DNA of 64,000 nt. It comes from Amoebidium appalachense. Its lineage: Eukaryota; Protista; Ichthyosporea. The stretch lies in assembly GCA_963693365.1 (NCBI GenBank), contig CAVNZM010000002.1, positions 9,893,059-9,957,058 on the forward strand, given 5' to 3'. The notes under the pieces were generated by a model that was given only the letters and a program-made list of their open reading frames with translations, made no database searches and was not told the DNA's origin. A program made the position numbers and the translations under genes. Shown piece after piece: positions 1 through 12,223 of this stretch. Position 1 is the first letter of the stretch. Each line of letters begins with the position of its first letter.

Positions 1-266
1 GGGGTGAGCGAAAGAAGCCCCGGGGGAGGGAGGGGAGGGGACGAGGGGGGGGTGGGGGGTGGGGGGTGGGTAAGGGGGGTGGGAGGCGGAGGGCAGAGGA
101 ACAATAAAGATTATTAACAACGAGAGTGACACTAGAAAAAGGAACAAAGCAAGCACCACCGCCGATTATTCGACAAATTCAAACAAGCCAAAAATGTGTA
201 ATAATCATCAAGGGGAGGACGTTCCAGTGTGCTCTGGCACTCTCTCCCTACTCTGCTCACACACAC

Positions 267-357
267 CTGTTACGGCCAAGAAGCTCAGCAGCAAGGAGAG
301 CACTGGCGCCAGAAAACGGTGCACCGTCCGCGCTGTCCAGTTATCCGTGAACGCCAT
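267..357 (-). CDS. Possible first coding exon of a gene divergent from ATP synthase gamma (hydrophobic N-terminus), running off the left edge
   Basis: Minus-strand ATG at 357 reads MAFTDNWTARTVHRFLAPVLSLLLSFLAVT and is followed by a G|GTGTGT donor. No recognisable homology. Confidence 0.3.
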
Positions 358-849
358 GATGAGAAGGAAATAAGAGGAAACAAGTGGGAAGGGGGGAGGA
401 GGAGGGGGGGGGCGGAGGGGGGCGGGAGGGTTGTCTAACGAAGGATGGGAGATGGTAAGGGAGAGAAATTTGAACGCCCTGGTGCTGTTGCTGTTGAATG
501 CAGATGCTCAAGAGGGATCTTCGAGCACTAACCAGAGCCATCTATCCTCAGCTACAAGCATGTCATTGCACCCCCCATGTTTGCTCGTTTTACAGCAAGA
601 GCACTCCTTTCCACACAGCTCTTCTGCTCTTCAGTCTTGTAAAGAGAGAAAAAGTGTTCCCGCCAAAAAAAAGGTCTTGGTGCATGCTAATCCAATCAGA
701 TGGGAGGAGAATTGCATGAAGTTGCATGATTTGGAAGATTTCGCAGGATTTTGCATGATTGCGCATACATTTTCGCACTCGCTTCCTATTCGTCTAGCGT
801 TTTAGGTTTGCCCATTTATAGTAAATTCCCTAGAAAGCCCTTTTTTGGG

Positions 850-1070
850 TTCATTGATTGGTCAGTTGCTCATGTATTTAGCTACATCCCCGTCCGATGG
901 AATGCGGTTCAGGACCACAAAGAACGATTCGGGTCGTCGAAATCGGGTCGGGGCGGGCGGCCACGCCAAACTGCGGATTTCTCGTTCGGTGTGTGCGCGC
1001 ACACAGAGCAGCCAGACAGACACGCACACGCACGCTTGGGTCTTTCTCCGTGTGGCCACAAGAAGACACA
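850..1070. promoter_or_regulatory. Putative promoter (possibly bidirectional) upstream of ATP synthase gamma
   Basis: Reverse CCAAT (GATTGG ~855) and GC-box-like GGGGCGGGCGG (~949-960) in CpG-rich unique sequence just upstream of the ATG at 1071. Confidence 0.35.
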
Positions 1071-4000
1071 ATGGCCCTCGTCCCTTCTCTGTCCGCTGCT
1101 CGCTCGGCCCTGGCTCCCGCCAGGTACTAGCTAGATATATGTGGAGCTGGCACTTTTTTTTTTTTTTTTCCTCCCGAGGAAAATTGTCCATCCGTTCATC
1201 TTTCGCTACACCTCATACTTGTGCTTACTTAGGACGGCAATCCATATACCTGGACCTATTGGGGTTTCATAGATGCTAAGCTTATAATTTTCCTTTGGTC
1301 GAAGGCTCGCTGACGCATCACTGAAGAACATTTGCGGAAGGCGGCACAGACAAAGCAGGAACTGGACAGGAGGGGACGTGGTGCACGTCTCCGTGGAGTC
1401 TATAGCCCCATTATTCGCGAAACATGACCACTGAACATGCGAAACTTAGGTGCAGTTTTCGATCGGTAGTGCTATTTGGAATGGCCAAAGCGTTTGTTTT
1501 TTGCGGGAAAAGACTTAGCTTACGGTCTTGCTCCTCCCCTCCTTCTTGCCAGCGGTATAGAGTTGGCCTATACCGTTGGCAAGAATTGGCGATACTTGAT
1601 ACCTCCTTGATGTAGGGGTGTCATGCACAGCAAACGTTGGTGAAGTAGGCGTGCCTGGGTTTGTGGGTTGGCATTTTTGATGATGGGGATATGACAATTT
1701 TTCATCGAAGAGAGAAGTCCCACCAAAAGCTGCGACGGCAGTGGCGTTTAAATAAATGGTGGGCTCAGCAGGTTTTTGTGGGAGGAGTGCGAAGTAGCAT
1801 GGCAAGGAGCACAACAGGTTAAGGTGTAGTCTTTTTTACGGCAGCATTCCTTTTCTCACTCTCATTCATTCGCAGGGCCATGCCCATCCTCGCCGGCCAG
1901 CGTGGAATGGCTACCCTTCAGGAAAGTACGTATCCCCTCTTCCCTCCCAAATGTTGGTCCGTGAATGCATCGTGGCTCCCTCTCCCTTTTTTGGTTCGAA
2001 TTTGGGATCTTCACGCTTTCTACCCCTCTTGTGCACACAATATGGAGAGGTTAGTGGTTTGCTGTGCGTACCATAGGAGTTTTTATAAAGTCCCGAGAAA
2101 GCTTTGTCCACTTTTTACCCACCGTTTTTTTTCCTTTTGGGTGTTTTGTACGTGTGCAAGTGCTCGAAAATGAAGCTTCCCCCCCTCTCTCTCCCTCTAT
2201 TTCGCTGTTGAAACAGTTGGAGAGGGGAGGGGGGGGGGGGATTGCGGCTTGCGCCTGCATCGTTTCTGTCGATTTCGAAATTACCAAGGAGAGCAATTTC
2301 GATCAGCAAATACAATGATCAATAATGGGGTGTTTAGATTAAAATGATTATGGGTTTGTTAGGTGTGCCACAAAAGAATGATTGTCTTTTGCTGTGCTCG
2401 ACTTCTTCTACGTCGAAATTCCATGGGATATTCCTACTTTTTTATTGTTTTATCTATTGATCTTGATGTCAGAATGAATTCCGTTCTTTCTGAGTTTGTG
2501 CGGAACGGGGGAGGGGAAGGGTGTGGGGGAGTGGGGATGAGCAATTGTGTGGGGGAGGTGGCGCCGGTGGGGTGGCGGGGGGAGGGGGAGGGGACAGGAG
2601 GATGGGACGTGTTGTCTGTTAACGTGTTTGTGTTGTTTGCCTAAAAATCGGCCCTATAGAAACCTCCTTCTAATGTTTTTTGTTGTTGTGTGCAGTCAAG
2701 ATCCGCTTGACGTCTGTCAAGAACATCCAGAAGATCACAAAGTCCATGAAGATGGTTAGCGCAGCCAAGTATGCTAAGGCCGAGAGGGATCTGCGCGCTG
2801 CCAGGGGCCTTGCTAGCGCTGCCACCGGTGCGTCATCTCACACACGCAGGCACACACACGTACGGGCACATGTGCAGCCACGCACATACATAAGTGCTCG
2901 TGCAGGCACACACGTGCATGTCAACACACACAGGCGCATGTGCAGACACGCACACAGGCGCATGTGCAGACACGCACACACACACAGGTGCACGTACGGG
3001 CGCGCATCGAGATTGATGTGCACACAAGTAAACACATTAATGCACACACACACACACACACATTCGTGTGTACAAATGCAGACAAGCGCACACGTTTGTG
3101 CACACATGCAAGCGCGCTCAAACACACCTGCACACGTACAGATGCACACGTGCATACACCGATATGCACACATGCAGAGACACGTGCACGCCCGCATGCA
3201 AGCACGAACACATGCAGCTGCATATACATGTACACACACACACACAGAAACATCACACACATGCACACACACGCATGATACCCGTACTCATCATTCGATT
3301 TCATGGAAATATTTTTTTCGACGTATAGAACATCAGTTCGATTGCATGTGGTTTGTTTTTTTTTTTTTGGGGGGGGGGGGGGGGGGTCCCCCTACATATT
3401 CATCTGTGTCGGGTATTGGTGTAGCAAGTTCAGGAATGGTATAAATAAATTATGGCCCGATGGAGCTGGAAGTGGGGGAATCGGCAGCAGTTAGGTGAAA
3501 GAGTTGTAATCTTTGACAACCCTTTTCCCCAGACTTTCCTCACATATTTTTTGCCCCTTCAAGTCGCGAGCATTGTTTATACAGGCGCTAACTAAACGTT
3601 TAATTTTTTTATTTAAAATATCAGGCATCGTTACGTCCGCCGGGATCACCCTGGACAAGGTTGCTGGCCGCGTGGTTGTCGCCATGTCTTCGGGTGCGTA
3701 TGTGTGTCCTGCTGGTGGTGTGTGTGTGTGTGCTCCTTGTACGTTCATGCTGCTTCCATCTCTCCTCAGCCTGCAGGACCACCTGTGAATGTGTATTAAA
3801 GATGGATGTTTTCTTCACATGCATCTCACTTGTGCATGTTTTGGAGTTTACAATGTTCTCGCCCTTATTTCTCCTTGAATGTGTTTGCCCACCACTACCT
3901 CCACCCCGATCCCCAAACACGCACATGCCACGCACCCATTCCCCCCCCCCCCCCCTCCCCCCCCAAGACCACGTCAGCTGTCACCTCCACTACTAGACTG

Positions 4001-5417
4001 GCTCACACTGGACCCCCTCCCCCCCCCCCCCCCCCCCCTTTCCTTCCTCCTCCCCCCGCCTCCCTATTCCACCTGTTCCCATGTAGCATTCTCGCCTCCC
4101 CACACACTCACATGCATACATACACACTCTCACTCACTTGCTCACTTGCCCACTTGCTCACTCGTCTCCCCCCTTTATGTGTACTTCGTACTTTATGACA
4201 CATTCAAACCTCCTGCCCTTTCCCCCGAGACCGCTTTACTTCCATACAACCGGGCATGGTTGCTCTGTGTCGTGCATCTGTAAGCACATACGCATTTTTC
4301 GATGCACTTCATTAGTTTGCACACACACATTCACCGTTTTGCTCGCCTTGCTTGCATAAGCAACCCTGCTCGTCTTTGATCAAGACGGGTTGACCCTCCC
4401 AAGTTCAGTTGATGCTGCTGCCTGAGTTGGAGAGTCGTATATACGCGGGTTAAGGGGTCGAAACTTAGATGCAATTGATGACTTGGGCCCTCCCTGCGGA
4501 TGGGCTCTGCTTATGACGCATACTGTGCGCATGGCTATGTTGCATACTTAAATGTTTGCCTTTGCATGTGTCCTTCGTGTATGCGTACTTCGTACCGTGT
4601 TCCGCATTCAAACCCCCCCCCCTCCTCCCTCAGACCGTGGTCTGTGCGGAGGCATCCACTCGTCCATCACCAAGGCCGTGCGCCCCGTTGTGGCCGAGGA
4701 CCCCCAGGCCAAGCTGTTCCTGGTGGGCGACAAGGTCAGGGGCCAGCTCAACCGCATCTGCCCCCAGAACATCAACGCCGTATTCACTGACGTCGGCAAG
4801 AAGGTAAGAAAATGGTGTGGGTATGTCTGTGTGTGGGGGGGGGGGGGGGGGGGGGAGGTGTGTGTGTGTGTGTGTGTATGCGTTTTTTGGGGGTGGAGGT
4901 GTGAGTTTTTTTGTGTGGGGGGGGGGGGGAGGGGGAGGATCGCGGGGGAAAGTTAGGAGGTGGGAAAGGTAGGGAGGTCGGGGAAAGGGACTGGTGGGTG
5001 GGGCAGGCATCCATGTGTTGGCAGAGCGTGGGTGGTTGTGTGAATGTTGGTGTGTGCTGGATGTTGGTGTGGGTGTGTTTTTGAGGGCTGATGCATGCCA
5101 TTGTAGAATGAAATTTTGCCGTTTGTGTTTTTTGCGTTTACCCTGTCTGTGTAGCATCAGCCTCACCTATGGCCCTGCCACAGTCATCTGTGCTAAGTTT
5201 GCTCAACCGTCCCCACCTCCCACACACGTACACACGTACACACGTACACACGTACACACACTCCCTGACACAACCTCCGCCCCTGATTACTGCCACATCA
5301 GGACGAATGCTGCCTATGTCGAAATAAGAGTTCTTCTTTCAAAGATTTTGCTTTGTTATACGTCGTTAATGCACAGCTCGTATTATGTTGAAGTCTAACA
5401 CGCCCTTGGCCCCCCCC

Positions 5418-5463
<46 letters not shown>

Positions 5464-6306
5464 AAACAAAACAAAAAAAACAAAAAAAAACACACACACA
5501 CACACACACCAGCCCCCCACCTTTGCCGAGGCCTCCCAGGTTGCCCTGAAGGTCCTCGAGAGCGACATCGGCTTCGAGAAGGGTCAGGTAAGATCCGATT
5601 AGCCGATCTGATCCTAATCGATTTGTGCCGTGTTTGGCTATTTTTCAGCACGCTATCCTTGTCTGGTATGTTTCTCGTTGTGGTTGTGTAGGGTAATGCG
5701 AGTATATGTGTGTGTTTTAGTGTGTGTGTGTTTGGGGGGGGGGGGGGGAGGGAATGTTTCGACACAAAAGCTGGGATGCTTTTTGTTGAACAGGAACCAT
5801 GATTGTCGGCCGGGTAACCCCATCCACACTAGTGTATTCAAGCAATGTGTCATATTGGTGTGTGCTATCGTGCTTGTTTTCTTCGCTAGCACCTAGCGCC
5901 CCCCTCCCCTCTCTGAATGGTTTGAAATGCGTGTAGTGTGGATGGCGCGGGCCCCCTCTGAAGATGGGCTCCTCTTATGATACACGTACTCTTTATGTGT
6001 GATTGCACGCTGCAGTATGTTGTCCGTTATCGATGTGTATATACTTTGTGTTTTATGGTGCATTCAAATACCCCTCTCCCTAGCACACAACATACACAAA
6101 TACCCCGTGGATAAAACAGGCTCTCGGTGATTCACCTTTATGTGTGCACAAGCACGTGCATGTATGGCACATGCCTGCATGTTCGTCCTTTTCTGCCCTG
6201 GCTGGTTGCATGAGCCCAGGTCCTCTCACATGTCTGTGCGCATACCAACACGCAGTGTGTGGCACACGCGTGTTTGTGCTGTAGACACCCTATAGCTCAT
6301 CAACCA

Positions 6307-6345
<39 letters not shown>

Positions 6346-6678
6346 TTTTCCTCCCCTCCTCCCTCCAAACACTCACACACTCAATGTACCCCTTGTTTCA
6401 TGGATTACCTTCGGTTCTCCGAGGATGGGCTCCACCTGTAATGCACACTGTTTAGGGTGCTCTCATTCTTGCGAATGGTACAAACACACACACACACATC
6501 ACACACTCAACTCTGTAACTCTCACTCTCACATACACGCCTTTCTCCTCCCCCCCCCCCCCCCCCCCCCCCCTTCCCAAACACTCACACACTCACCCTTC
6601 CCCTCTTCCCTCCCGCTGTGTTTTCAACGCACCAAAACGGGTTGAGCAATGTGTGTTTGTACATGGTTGCCGTGCACT

Positions 6679-6715
<37 letters not shown>

Positions 6716-6972
6716 TTTGTTTGCCCCAGGTGATCTTCAACAAGTTCAAGTCCGTCATCTCGTACGAGTCCACCTCCAACGTCATTTTCTCTGCCAACTA
6801 CATGCAGAACGCCGGTACGTCCCCCCCCCCCCCCCCCTCTCTCTCTCTCTCTCTCTTTCTCTTTCTCCCCCAAAACACACACACACACACACCTTCTCCC
6901 TCATCCTAGGCTCTGCCGTTTCTTGCTCCTGCTCCCCTCTCTCTCTCTCCCCACCTCATTCTTCCTCTCGTC

Positions 6973-7010
<38 letters not shown>

Positions 7011-8428
7011 TTTGCTTGTTGCCCTCTCGGCCCTCAGGCTCTTGCTTCTGCTGGCATTTTCTCTCTTTGGGTTTCGGTTGTATGTATGTGAAGGTTGTTG
7101 TTGTGCCGGCTATGTGGGTTTAGGCTGTGTGCAGGTGAATCACAGCTGGGAATCACAACGACAGTTTTACAGAAATCAGATATGGTGTTGTGTTTGTTAA
7201 TGCATGTCCAGTAAAGGGGAGGTGTGTATGTGGGGGGGGGGGGGGGGGGGGGGGGGGGGGAGAGAGAGAGAAATGTTCGCGGTGCCCCGATGATATGTTT
7301 ATAGTTCTTGTGTGTGGTGAATGAAGTCAAATGTTTTTAATGTTTTATAATTTTTTAATGTTTTTTTTATCCGTGCAGAGGAGTTCATCAAGTACGAGTC
7401 TGTGGAGGATGAGACCTTCCAGTCCTATGCGGTGGGTGCCCCCTGTGTGTGTGTGCGGGCGCGTGTACGCGTTCGTGTTCGTGCCCGGCGCCCACACGTG
7501 TGTGTGTGTGGGGGGGGGGGGGGGGGGGGGGGGGGGTGTAGGGTGGTGCGTGTGTATGTGCGCCCTTGCGTGTGTGGTAGCGGAGGAGGGAGGGAAATGG
7601 AGGAAGTGGATCGTCTGCTTGGGCAAGCGCTTGTTGGCTTTGTGCTGGCAAAGCATGACATGCACACACGCTTCTTTCAGGCCCCACTTCTTTCACATGC
7701 ATTTCCTTTCTTGATACCCCCCCCTGTTGCACACACTTTCCCTCTGTCGAACCACACCGTGCTCACTCCAAGTCTCCCAGCTCATGATCTCCACATGCAC
7801 GCCCACACCTTTCGAAACCTTCCTTGCAGACGCCTTTCCCCTTTCGAAACCCCCTCCCCCCCTCTCCTCCCCTGCTTACGCTTTTCCTTCTTATGAAACC
7901 TCCCCGTGCTCACATTTCATATGCATACACACACACACACACACACACTTTCAATACCCCACTTGCATACATTTTTTGTACGTGCTTTTCCCATTATAAA
8001 AAAAACACGCCGTGCTCACTCTACCCTCTGCATCGTGTTATCCGTTGTTCATGTGTACTTTGTACTTTATGACGCATTCCCCCCCCCTCCCCCCCCCCCC
8101 CCCCCCCCCCCCCCTCCTCCCCCCAACTCACAGACACACACACGTACAGAGGACTTCATTCCAAAAACCTTATCTTAGAGCACATTAGCATATGTGCTCA
8201 TTTCTCCCCCAATTCCTTTCACAGGAGTTCCACCTTGTGTCGAGCGTGTACGGGGCCATGATCGAGGGTGCCGCCAGCGAGCAGTCTGCCCGCATGCAGG
8301 CTATGGAGAACGCCACCAAGAACGCCGGCGAGATGATTGGCAAGCTGACCCTCGCATACAACCGCACCCGCCAGGCCGTCATCACGAACGAACTCATTGA
8401 AATTATCTCCGGCGCCGCCGCCGTCTAA
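1071..8428 (+). CDS. ATP5F1C: Mitochondrial F1 ATP synthase gamma subunit, 9 exons
   Basis: GT-AG exons 1071-1123, 1876-1925, 2696-2827, 3625-3693, 4634-4803, 5513-5587, 6730-6814, 7379-7431 and 8225-8428 join in frame. They give a transit peptide, then [41 protein letters not shown] and [46 protein letters not shown], all hallmark gamma-subunit motifs. Confidence 0.97.
4345..4620 (+). mobile_element. Near full-length copy of the dispersed ~270-nt structured repeat (subfamily 2), ending just before the exon 5 acceptor
   Basis: Aligns by eye with 24175-24422, 41157-41368 and 29291-29425 (AACCCTGCTCGTCT..GATCAAGACGGGT..GACCC; GGTCGAAAC; GGATGGGCTCTGCTTA; CATTCAAAC+poly-C). A further 3' fragment lies at 4178-4210. 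Confidence 0.75.
5935..6075 (+). mobile_element. 5'-truncated copy of the dispersed structured repeat
   Basis: GGGCCCCCTCTGAAGATGGGCTC...GTGTATATACTTTGTG...GCATTCAAATACCCC. Further fragments at ~6415-6440 and 8015-8080. Confidence 0.65.
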
Positions 8429-8820
8429 AAAAAAAAATACAAAAGAAAAAACCCCCCACACAAGGGAATTTGGTGTACCCAATGGCTGCTGTGCGTTAAG
8501 GAGTGTTTAAAATTTTAACGCGGGTGGGCGGTTGGTCAGTTAAGACGCTGGTGCTGCGTGTGTTTGGTGTGCGTTTGGCTTGGTGACGGGGCTTTGTGTG
8601 CGTGTGTATTTTTCCTTTTTTGGTTATTTTTCGGCTGTAAGGCCCGTCACTGTGTTTGTGCACCTGGACTGTGGCCTAGTGGGTGGGCGGAAATAAACGG
8701 TGCGTGCTGTGCCTGCCGATCCGACCGTGTAATCTCAGACTGGTCTGTCTAGTACAGATACCTCCCCCCCTCCCAAAAAAAAAAAAACCACACACACATA
8801 CACACACACACACACCACAC

Positions 8821-9035
8821 CGGGTGGCACACCCTCTTGAAGCAGTGATTGAGTTGGGCTTCTTGATGAGGCAAATTGGTCGAAGCTCGGACACGACGTG
8901 GGCCGCCCTTGAGGTTGGGGCCCGGCTTGCTCTGCCTATTATGCATACCCTTGATGTGGTTTACACTCTGCATCGTGTTGTCTGCTGTGAATGTGTACTT
9001 CTTACATTCTATCTAACGCATGCAGAATCGTACTC
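8821..9035 (+). mobile_element. Diverged copy of the dispersed structured repeat, downstream of ATP synthase gamma
   Basis: TGAGTTGGG...GGTCGAAGCTCGG...GACGTGGGCC...GCTCTGCCTATTATGCATAC...CACTCTGCATCGTGTT...GTGTACTT followed by poly-C. Confidence 0.65.
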
Positions 9036-9044
9036 CCCCCCCCC

Positions 9045-9075
<31 letters not shown>

Positions 9076-10018
9076 ACCCACACACCCATTTCCTCTGTTC
9101 GTTTTTTCTGTGTTTGCGATCCTATGGAGAAAAGACCGGCACAGACTCTGAGGCTATGGATAGCTGACCATCGTGACCACTCTGGGAACCCAGATTATGT
9201 TGTGAGGCAGTACCGTCGCGGCGGGTGTTTGTGTACCGCGGGGGTCTCGAGAGTGTGTGTGTGACTGACTGACAGTGTCTGTGCGGGCGCGCGCACATAT
9301 ATATACTTCACACGTACGTGTGTGTGCATGCACGAACGCACAGTGTCACGTGTACGTACGTGTGATACAGAGCGTGTGTACGCGCACGCACGTGGGTGCG
9401 CTTAGTGGGTGTGCCGATGTGTATGCCACGCATGTATCTATGTGTGTGTGCCACATGTGTGTGTGCAGTGTGAACACGTGACACTGTGTACGTACACACG
9501 TGTTCGTGTCACGGTGTGGTTGGGTGGTACGGGCGGGAAGTACTAACAGGGTGAATCTAAATGCAGGAATCCTGCTAAGTTACCACCACCAGTACCCACT
9601 GCACCGAATGCCCACAACGCCCACACACGTACATGTCATGCGACCGCAAGGCACGTGCACGATATACATACAGGTTAAAGGGGGTTTCTTTTATAAAGGC
9701 CGATTATTTGTCCCCAGAGAGTCTGACTCAAGCCAAATCAAAATCTGGAGCTGTAATCTTATTCCTGACGCTTGATTATTATTTTCCCCTTCTTTCCTTC
9801 TTTTTTCTCTCTTTTCTTTTTTCTTACGCTTTTTGTTGTATCTTGGCGCATCTGTAACATGCTGCCGGCCAAACGATGGTGCGCAGCCCAGCACACCAAT
9901 CACATAGCTATAAATCCCTCTGACCCGACCCGACCCGGAAAGCTAGAAGAAACCCCCTTTAAATTTGTACCCCGTGGCAAAATCTCAGCACGTAGTCATA
10001 CAACATGTTAATATTAAT

Positions 10019-10098
10019 TGCACACAGTCTACTTTGCGAGGGTAGGATCGTGTGCCATTGCACACAGTCTACTTTGCGAGGGTAGGATCGTGTGCCAC
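10019..10098. repeat. Two perfect tandem copies of a 40-bp hairpin-forming unit
   Basis: TTGCACACAGTCTACTTTGCGAGGGTAGGATCGTGTGCCA x2. Confidence 0.85.
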
Positions 10099-10883
10099 AG
10101 GCACCGATCAACTCTACCATGATCACATGGCTCGGGCACTTACATATGCTAGCGAAAAACAAATGCTTCTTGAAAATCATTAATAAATCGGAACGGCGGG
10201 GCCCAGAATGTACACGAAGTACATGTACGTACGAATCAAATTAACAGGTGTGTCTGGCCATATGATCTCCTTTCCTATGTACAAGTACTAGTATTTACCT
10301 TTCGAATCTGGAGATAGTCTGTAATTTACAAATTTGGAGATAGTCTGAAATTTACAAATTTCCGTTCTAAAACTGCTCAACTTCTCCGTGTGTCCGTTTT
10401 TCAATGTTGTCTGTGAGAAAGGCTGTATCAAAGCAAGCTACAGTTTAGGTACAATTCCCTCCTGCCACATCTTCTGCAGTCTTGTCAAATTAGTCTAACT
10501 GTGGCAAGGAGTGCCAAACACGAGTTTTTTCGATTTTCAGAGTGTGGCAAGAAGTGCCAAACACACGAGGTCTATGTGTGCAGCCTCTAATAAGTACAAC
10601 GACTATAAAAGCGCACACCAGTTCAAACCATTAGATTTTTTATAGCACACATCGATTGGTACCGATTGAACTACCCCCCCCCCCCCCCCCCCCCCCCCTC
10701 CCCCCCCCCTTCACCAAAACACATCACCAATCCCTTCCCATCAACAAAAAACTCCCATCACAAGCGCAGAAAAACACCTAGGTATCAAAAAAAAAAAAAA
10801 AAAGGCACACACTCCCAATCACAAATCGACATCCCCTTCTCCCCACTCCCTAGAGTCTCCCATCCGCCCACCATCACGTCACC

Positions 10884-12179
10884 TTATGCCCATGCCGACG
10901 CCTTCGCCTTGAGTTTTCCCAACAGCGAAGTTGCAGTCAACCCCTTCACATGAACCCCCCCGCGGACCGGTTTTACCCTGAATGTTCCGGCTCTCCTTAT
11001 TGGTCCGGGCTCGTTTAGACCCCCCTCCTCCTCGCTCACCTCCCCTGAATTCGTGTTTCGAACGTACATAGACCCCGCCGTGGGCAAGGGGCGGAAAAAC
11101 GCCTTCGAATCCTTAAGACCGGCTTTTGAAGCCGCCGTCTGCCGGTCCCGATAGAGCGATGACGTACGCGAAAGAGAATGCAGAGGGGTGTCCAAGCGGT
11201 CCTGGGTTGGGGTTGGTGGCTGGGTCAAACTTGGCGAAATTTCAGAGCAGGAGGACGAGGTGTCAGTCGACGTGCTGCCAATTTTGCTCAGCGGCATGGA
11301 ATCGGAATCGGAATCTTCGCGGTTAATGGACCCCGCGGTCTGGGGGTGCAGTGGGGGCATGTGCTTGGGTCGTGGGGGAGGCGTTGGTGGTACTGGGGGA
11401 GCTGGCGGCACGCCCGTGTGATTGGAGGAAATATTCAGACGGCTCAAGTCAACCTCCTCGTAAATTGCTTCTCCGTCCTCCACTTGGGGGAATCCATTGT
11501 CGATCTTGATCACCAGGCACCCATCCCTATACACAACCGTCTTTGGCGGGAGGGGTGGGGGGCAGTCGCTAGCAAGGAAGTCGTTGGAGCCCCCCGTCGA
11601 AGTTGAATTTGCAGAATTTTCATCCATGAAGAAATCCGTCGCGGAGCCAAGCGGCATCGAAATGGGCCGGCGCATCTGGCGGCCAAGTCTTAGTGCCATG
11701 CCGGGGTTTGGGGTGACGGAGGGGGTCTCATTTGGGTAAAACGAAGACATGGAGGCTCCCGAGAAGAGAGAGGAATGGGTGAAAGACGGGCGGAGGGGGG
11801 CATACGGCTCCCTAGATCTGGTGTACAGGCGTTTCTAACGCTTTGCAACGATTGGGCGGATCGGCGCTTGCGGGAAAGCACTGCCGATTGAGCCGCAGAG
11901 GTCCCGTCGGGGCACGATAGGGACCGGGTAGAAAACCCGCCGAAAAATCGCGAAATTCCAGATTTCTTGGAAAATTGCGACGCGATCGATGGCGATGGCG
12001 ATGGGGGGACGTAGTGGGTTGGGAAGTTGTCGCTTTCCCAGATGACGGAGTCATGATTGGACGCTATGTTGCTGACAAGAATCCGGAATGCAGAATGCGG
12101 GGAGCAGTTGGTGGCCGTGACCTCCATCCAATGGCAGAAGCCCTCGTCTCTGGCCGTTTTTCTTGCCTCCTCCGATGAA

Positions 12180-12223
<44 letters not shown>

